Position numbers and translations under genes: made by a program
Assembly: GCA_964035545.1 (NCBI GenBank)
Contig: CAXIUT010000098.1
Span: forward strand, 1-25,983
Reading direction: 5' to 3'
Origin: Bugula neritina
Lineage: Eukaryota; Animalia; Bryozoa
Length of the DNA: 25,983 nucleotides
Shown here: positions 19,918 to 25,983 of the stretch, one piece after another
How positions within the stretch are numbered: position 1 is the first letter of the stretch
Layout of the letters: every line of letters starts with the position of its first letter
The notes under the pieces: generated by a model
The model's input: only the letters and a program-made list of their open reading frames with translations
Database searches by the model: none
What the model was told of the DNA's origin: nothing

Positions 19918-21194
19918 ATGACTAATAGTCAACTTAAGATATGCCAATTAGCCAGTAAATTGCTGATTGCTCTATCAAAAGGAGAAGAAGATATTGAAAA
20001 GGTTAAGTAAAGGATGGTATCTCATCCTTTTTTTAGTCCTTTCCCTCTGTTTAGCCATGTTGTAACACATGGAGATATTATTAAAAAGTAACATTTGATA
20101 GCTTTCCTTAAAAATAGAAAAGAAAGAGTCGATGATAGGTAAGTTGTTAGTTTGTTGGAGATGGAGACAGGCAGGAGTATTTGGAGTTATAAAAATTATT
20201 TAGAGTTTATCTACCCATCTAATTGTTAAAAAATTTAATAAATAAAGAAAAATAATATCAAAAGATATCCTAAATTGCTACATTGTGGAGCAACTTAGTC
20301 AACCTTATAAGCTTTTTCACTATTATTGTCTAAAAAAATATTATTATAAAGAAAAATTGATCAACAAAAATCAAATCTTAGAATATATAGTTCAAGAAAA
20401 AAAATCAAAGAGCTTATTCAAGTAATCAAAAAAGAATAAAAGTAGATATTATAGGTTAATGAGGATCAAATGATAACGATTGAGGAGTTGAAAAGATTTA
20501 TTGATATGTATTCAGGTGGGTAAAGTTATAATTTGGAGTGTTTGTGTCGGGCACTAGGAATGGAGAAAGGCTTTATTGAAATAAGTATGTTTTAGTTGTT
20601 TTTGAAACCATCTAAAATCGTAAAGAAAGGGTTTAATAGACAGCTAAAGAGAAAATCTCTTGTAATAACTGAAGATTTTAGTTAAAATGTTTTAAAAGAG
20701 AATATAATAGACTAAATAATCGATTAGATGAGTAAAGAAGATACTAAAAAGAATGTTAAATCAGGAAAATAGAATAAAAAGAAGTCAATGACAGTGAGAA
20801 ACAATAAGATAGATAAATTTGAATCAAAAAGAGCAAAAACTCCTTTGATAAGTAACTTTAATTCTAAGTAATAGTAAAAATAGAGAAATAAAAAGCAATT
20901 ATCTTGTATAGATGAAGAAATGAAAGAAATATTGCTGAAAATGCTGTAAGTAAATTCTTAAAGATAATAGAAAATGTCTCTTACAGTGGATAAGTAAAAC
21001 TTGAGAATATATTTAAAGATATAAACAAATCAGAAAATGGTTTTATCGATTATCATTAGTTGAAAAATTATTTAAATTATATAGGACTGAAACTATCGAT
21101 GCCCTAGATAACATATATCTTGAAAAGATTAGATAGAAGTGGAAAGGGAGTGGTTCTTGAGTCAGATTTTATGAGGTTTTTCTTGGAGAATTGA
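19918..21194 (+). CDS. Ciliate-type EF-hand protein, about 425 aa, with a one-base frame break near 20996-20999
   Basis: Open frame from MTNSQLKICQLASKLLIALSKGEEDIEKVKERM. The C-terminal EF-hand pair NIFKDINKSENGFIDYHELK / KRLDRSGKGVVLESDF lies in the -1 frame and ends at TGA 21192-21194. Confidence 0.75.
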
Positions 21195-21263
21195 TTTTGA
21201 TCAATTATTGATTAGTTTATTGTGTAGTTAGTTTATGGTTTATATAACTGAGTTTGATTTAAA

Positions 21264-22495
21264 ATGAAGAAAGAAAAGAGTAAAGATGAGAAGAGTAAAA
21301 AGAGTAAGGATAGCAAGAGCAAGGCTAAGAAAGAGGGTGATAAGAAGAGTGAGAAGTCGGGGTCAAAGTCTAAATCAAAGGGGAAGGAGGTATCGAAAGG
21401 AAAAGAATCAAAGACTCCAAAGAAATAGGCTAAATCAAAGAAAGGAGATAAGCAATCAGAGATGTCATCTATTTCTCATTTGCCAGTAGCTCCAGCGTAT
21501 GGTATTTATGATATTAGTGATTGCGTGCATCATAAGAGTCCATTTATAAACTTTTGCTAGACCTGTGAGGAACTAGTATGCAACCAATGTACTGTTTTTG
21601 GACCTCATAATAATCATGTAAGTAGTGAATGATTAAGTTGCACAGGATATTGAAAATGACTGATGCTTATCGTTTGAGGAAGTTCTACTTAGTAGAAGCA
21701 ATTCGGTCCAATTTGGTAGATAAGAGAGATAAGATCATAGCTCAGCTGCATAGGTTGGAATATCGGGTTGAAGAGATTAGGTTTGTTAAAAATATTATTG
21801 AGAGGGATATCAGGTCGGAGTATTCAGGCATTTTGGAGAGACTTAAAAATCATGAGGGAGTTAAATTGGCAACTCTTACTCACTAGGTGTCTCTTGTTCA
21901 AAGATAGTTAGATACTATTAATGATTTAGGCAATAAGTTTTTTGAATTAACTAATATGGAATGTTAAAAGATAGAGCAAGAGAGAAGAACGAACAGGTTT
22001 TTACTTCAGTCTAAGGAGATGTACGATGCCATTGAGTACATAACTAGTCGACCTGATAAAGTATAGTTTTAGCGATTTAGGTAGCTCCTGATTTGACTTT
22101 GCATGACATGCCTCGCTAGGTGTAGGCTAATCGGGACCAAGTGAAGAAGGCTTTAGCTGGTCGTTAGATAAATGCGTTTAAGAACTAGATACTATGGAAG
22201 TTGGTGACCGATTTGATGGCTGAGAAGAATTCTGTTCGTCGTTAGGTGTAGGAGAAGGCGAGTGGTGTGATAAAGGAGATGAGTCAAGAGGTGGAAGGGT
22301 TGAACGGGAAGTTGAAGAAATACAAGTTGATTTGTTTTTTTTTGCGGGGTGAGGATGAACAACTAGAGCGTGAATGTCGGATGTGAGATGAATAAGAATA
22401 AAGAAGGAGGAGAGAAACGGTTTTAGACTTAAAAATATCCTAGCTAGAAACATATGGGAAATGAAAGGCACTTTTTTACCAAGGTGGTTGACTGA
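21264..22495 (+). CDS. B-box zinc finger / coiled-coil protein with Lys/Ser-rich N-terminus; introns 21618-21637 and 22061-22080; one-base frame break in T9 at 22335-22343
   Basis: B-box CVHHKSPFINFCETCEELVCNQCTVFGPHNNHLHRI, then coiled coil. C-terminal CFFCG..VNVGC..GNERHFF is in the +1 frame; read literally the frame stops at 22384-22386. Confidence 0.82.
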
Positions 22496-22536
22496 TAATA
22501 TCGGAATCATATCATGAAGTATCAATATTTGTTTTA

Positions 22537-23482
22537 TCATTAGCCAGTTTTGTACTTTTTCCCAAAAATGAGGAGTTGAAGTTGATCGTAGATAGTGAGA
22601 ACTCCTGCTCCAGTAACACCTCTCAAAATATTGGCTCCTATTCCTCCCACAAAGGATTTAAAGCCTTTTTATTTGTACATGTGTTTGATTGCTTGAAAGG
22701 AACTGTTAAGTTTTAATTATTAACCTGAAGACATCATCATTCTACGACGAATAGTATCCATCGGGTAGGCAACTATTCCTGCAGTTACTGTTACTGCATA
22801 GCTGAGGAGGAAGGAGATGAAGATGTTATTGATGTATTGAGAGGGGGACTGATTATTTGACTCCTGCATTCAGTCCGAAGTAGACTCCTCGATAGATCAT
22901 CATCAAGGGAATAGTGATTCCAAAGCCTCTGTATAAGCCTCTGATGCCATCAGAATGATGTGTTTTTCTAAAACAGTCGATGATTCCTTAATATTGTCTC
23001 TTTCTTCCTGCTTTAGCCATATAGATGTCATTGGTCAGTCTAGTTCTTGTATAGTCAAGAGGATATACGAAACATTGAGTGGATGCTCCTGCTAGGCTGC
23101 CTCCTTTCATGTTGTTGATAACAGTTTTAGTAAAACTTTTTTATTAATTATTCTTGTTCAATGAAAATCTTTTCATAAAGAAATCTTTGAAGGCAAAATT
23201 GAGAGCTTGGGTTGGAAAGTATCTGATGACGTTAACAAGATTACCTTTATAGTAGGCTTTCCATCCTTATTCGAGATATAGTCTTTTGAAGCAGTCGATG
23301 ATTCCTTTATATGGTTAGTTAATGAGTTGTTTTTGGATGAGAGGAGCTTGTAGTTGCAGTCTGATTTTGATGACTTCTATGGGTGAGGCAAGGGTTTTAG
23401 AGAGAGCTGCGGCTGTTCCACTGATAAAGAATTCAATAATGAACTGATTGATTTGCGATTATTGTGTTTGAATTGAGGTCAT
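22537..23482 (-). CDS. AAC: Mitochondrial ADP/ATP carrier, about 314 aa, with a one-base frame break at G5 22843-22847
   Basis: [48 protein letters not shown] and the signature [12 protein letters not shown]. The span is 946 nt (3n+1) and no intron fits. Confidence 0.95.
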
Positions 23483-24192
23483 AAAGAATATAATAATAGC
23501 TAGAATCTATAATATTTATATTAGCATAAATATGTTTTCTCAAATGAAAGATAAATATAATTTTAATAAGTCTATTGGAGTTAAGTTCATTGATTGTATT
23601 GATAGATTATTTTAACTTTTATGTTGTTTTATTATTAAAAATCAATATTGTCTAAAGGTGTTAGAAATGACTGATTTGGTTATGTATTTTGAGATTAATC
23701 TATGATCATTTTACCTTTATTTTTTGAAGATTATTTGATATTTTATCTGTTAGTTATGATTATTTATTGTTGTATTTAGATAGCGTCTCTTATTATATTC
23801 GTTATTATCTTTGTTATTTTGTGTTTTATTTTATATTTAAACTCCTATTCTCTAATAAGTGATCATTATTCTTTTATTTTTTGTTGATTTTTATTACTAT
23901 TTCTAACCAAACAACTCCTTTTATATCCTTCTTTCATTTCTTTATTATTCATGTGATAATCTTGTACAAATCATTCATTAATAGAAGATAAAAGATTGCC
24001 TTATTGTACTACCAAGTAATCAATATTACTAGCTCTCATGCCAATCTCTTGAATTTAACTTGCTGTATCTTTTAACTCAGATATTTATTTCTAGTTATTC
24101 AAAATTAGTTCTATTCTATGTTGTTTTGTTATTTTTTATAATCAGTGATATAATAATTAGTTTAGTATGATATGATTTATCTGAGGATGATA

Positions 24193-25696
24193 TCATAGTC
24201 TTGATTTCACTGATGGATATCCAAGCAATTTACAAATTCCATCTCCGTATTAGGGATCTGCCTTGTAGAAGTTCTTTATGGCTCTCTATGCTATTTCTCG
24301 AGAAACTGGCTTCATTGCCCCTGCCACTGTTTTGATAGTATGTTCACGCATAGTGTTATCCATTACTCGACGGAAAAGAGTTCCAGCCTGACTAAAGTCG
24401 CAGTTAGGATGATTAGGCTTGTGACGAGCAACCAATCCTGTCACCTTGTATGGCTCATATCGAGCTTGACTGTTAAAAGTAAATGTATTCTTGCCTCCGT
24501 TCATCGAGTTAGGCTCGTAATTAGGTGAACTTCCTTTATTACAATAAATATACCTCCGTTTTTATCAACTCTCATCGGTCCATCTCTAATAGCATTGTGG
24601 ACTTTAGATCTGTAGGGACAGTTGATGGGAATTTGTTCATAGTTTGTTCCTAATCTGTGTCTGTGAGTATCTGGGTAAGAAAAAAGACGGCCTTGCAACA
24701 TCTTATCGATGGATGGCTCCATTCCTGGAACTAAATGACCTGGAGAGAAGGCAGATTGTTCCGTCTCAGCAAAGTAGTTATCAACATATCTGTTAAGGAC
24801 CAATTTTCCAACTGGAATGAGAGGGTAGTCAGCTTGAGGAATGACTTTAGTAACATCGAAAATGTTCCATCTGTAGTTAAGTCCTTCAGCTTCAGGAATT
24901 ACTTGGATTTTTAAGTCCCATTCTGCTGTTTTTCCTGCATCTAGAGTGTTCATTAGGTCTCTTGTGGCATAGTCCGGATCGTTGAGACGATCAAATGCTT
25001 GTTCATTAGTGAAATTTTTTATTCCTGAACAAGTTTTGAAGTGTAATTTGACCCAAAAGGCTTATCCATTTTTGTTGATCCATCTAAAGGTGTGAGAACT
25101 GTATCCATTCATATGTCTGTAGCCATCTGGAGTTCCTCTATCACTCATAAAGATGGTGACTTGATGGGTTGATTCTGGACTGAGTCCCCAGAAATCCCAG
25201 ATAGCTGTTGGACTTCTGATGTTGGATCTTGGTTCTTTCTTTTGGGAGTGAATAAAGTCAGGGAATTTGATAGGATCTCTGATAAAGAAGATAGGAGTAT
25301 TGTTTCCAACCATATCCCAGTTACCTTCTTCAGTATAGAACTTGATCGCAAAACCTTGGTTAATAGATGGCTACCTCTTGGGTCTCTTTAGGTATCGGAA
25401 GATCCTTTTTATCCTGCGACTGTGGAGAATCTTGTGAAGATGGGAGTTTTTTTACCAATGGTATCGAAGACTTTGGCCTTAGTGTATTTAGAGACATCAT
25501 GGGTGACTTCAAAGTATCCGTGTGCTCCTGCTCCTTTAGCGTGGACGACTCTTTCTGGGATTCTTTATCTATCGAAGTGGGCTAGTTTATCTATAAGATG
25601 GAAATCTGAGATGACAATGGGTCCGTTTTGTCCTGCAGTGACTGAATTTTGGTTGTCGTCTACTGGCAATCCTGTGGAGGTGGTGAGGTTGGTCAT
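24193..25696 (-). CDS. CAT: Monofunctional heme catalase, 487 aa, C-terminal PTS1 (SRL); complement(join(24193..24533,24554..25354,25375..25696))
   Basis: [17 protein letters not shown] (first E = TAA), [49 protein letters not shown]; ends VKSRL. Two 20-nt introns. Confidence 0.98.
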
Positions 25697-25884
25697 GACG
25701 TAATAAATAAAATAATGATAGATATATCATAAGTTGAAGCAGATGGATAATGTTGGGTAAAGCAAAATTCAATGAATAAGTTTAATATCTCCTATGATAG
25801 AATATGATCTCAGTATGATAAAACAGGATATCAATGTGATATAAATATGAATGAAGATTAAAAGATAATGAATAAATAACATTA

Positions 25885-25983
25885 GGGGTGGGGTTGGGGG
25901 TTGGGGTTGGGGTTGGGGTTGGGGTTGGGGTTGGGGTTGGGGTTGGGGTTGGGGTTGGGGTTGGGGTTGGGGTTGGGGTTGGG
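25885..25983 (+). repeat. Right telomere (GGGGTT)n, 99 bp, with proximal G4T and G5T2 variants
   Basis: Begins GGGG after atta and runs to the window end at TTGGG. Confidence 0.99.

Noticed and set aside
20990-22860. A general programmed-frameshifting system as in Euplotes
   Set aside because: The three breaks differ in direction and motif, all sit in homopolymers and cluster within 2 kb, which is typical of long-read indels.
334-25772. Supplied short ORFs as independent genes or a field of pseudogenes
   Set aside because: They are standard-code fragments or antisense/off-frame shadows of long genes that are intact under TAR=Glu plus 20-nt introns (e.g. 21286-21489, 3876-4103, 25422-25703).
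25885-25902. Variant telomere repeats (G4T, G5T2) as a second telomerase template
   Set aside because: Only two units in one tract, in a sequence that shows homopolymer errors elsewhere.
1-25983. tRNA, rRNA or transposon
   Set aside because: No cloverleaf, rRNA-like segment, transposase or RT motif, or terminal inverted repeat seen by eye; a covariance-model scan could still find small RNAs.

Overview
This is ciliate macronuclear DNA, not prokaryotic. The window starts with (CCCCAA)n, ends with (GGGGTT)n, and has two further GGGGTT tracts inside (6957-7025, 7810-7890). The supplied ORF track is fragmentary because it uses the wrong code. Both TAA and TAG read as glutamate and TGA is the only stop (peritrich-type code, NCBI table 30), as shown by invariant Glu positions in catalase, CCP5, eIF2-beta, WDR35, FOR20 and CEP164. 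Re-read that way, the window holds about 16 tightly packed genes: FOR20, a hypothetical, CCP5, eIF2-beta, RPL31, a divergent centrin, two telomere-truncated fragments, WDR35/IFT121, CEP164-like, CFAP69, a hypothetical, an orphan 7-TM protein, an EF-hand protein, a B-box protein, an ADP/ATP carrier and catalase. The strongest signal is splicing: 18 of 19 reconstructed introns are exactly 20 nt (one is 21 nt), and 18 of 19 have an A at intron position 15, suggesting ruler-like splicing with a position-fixed branch point. Bases 1-7025 form a complete telomere-to-telomere minichromosome. The two internal telomeres are joined into the middle of reading frames, all four tracts end in the same TTGGG register, and every telomere-adjacent gene points inward. 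Three single-base frame breaks in homopolymers at 21-23 kb suggest long-read error, so a library chimera is a serious alternative for the internal telomeres. All protein identities come from manual translation and recalled family motifs; no searches were run.
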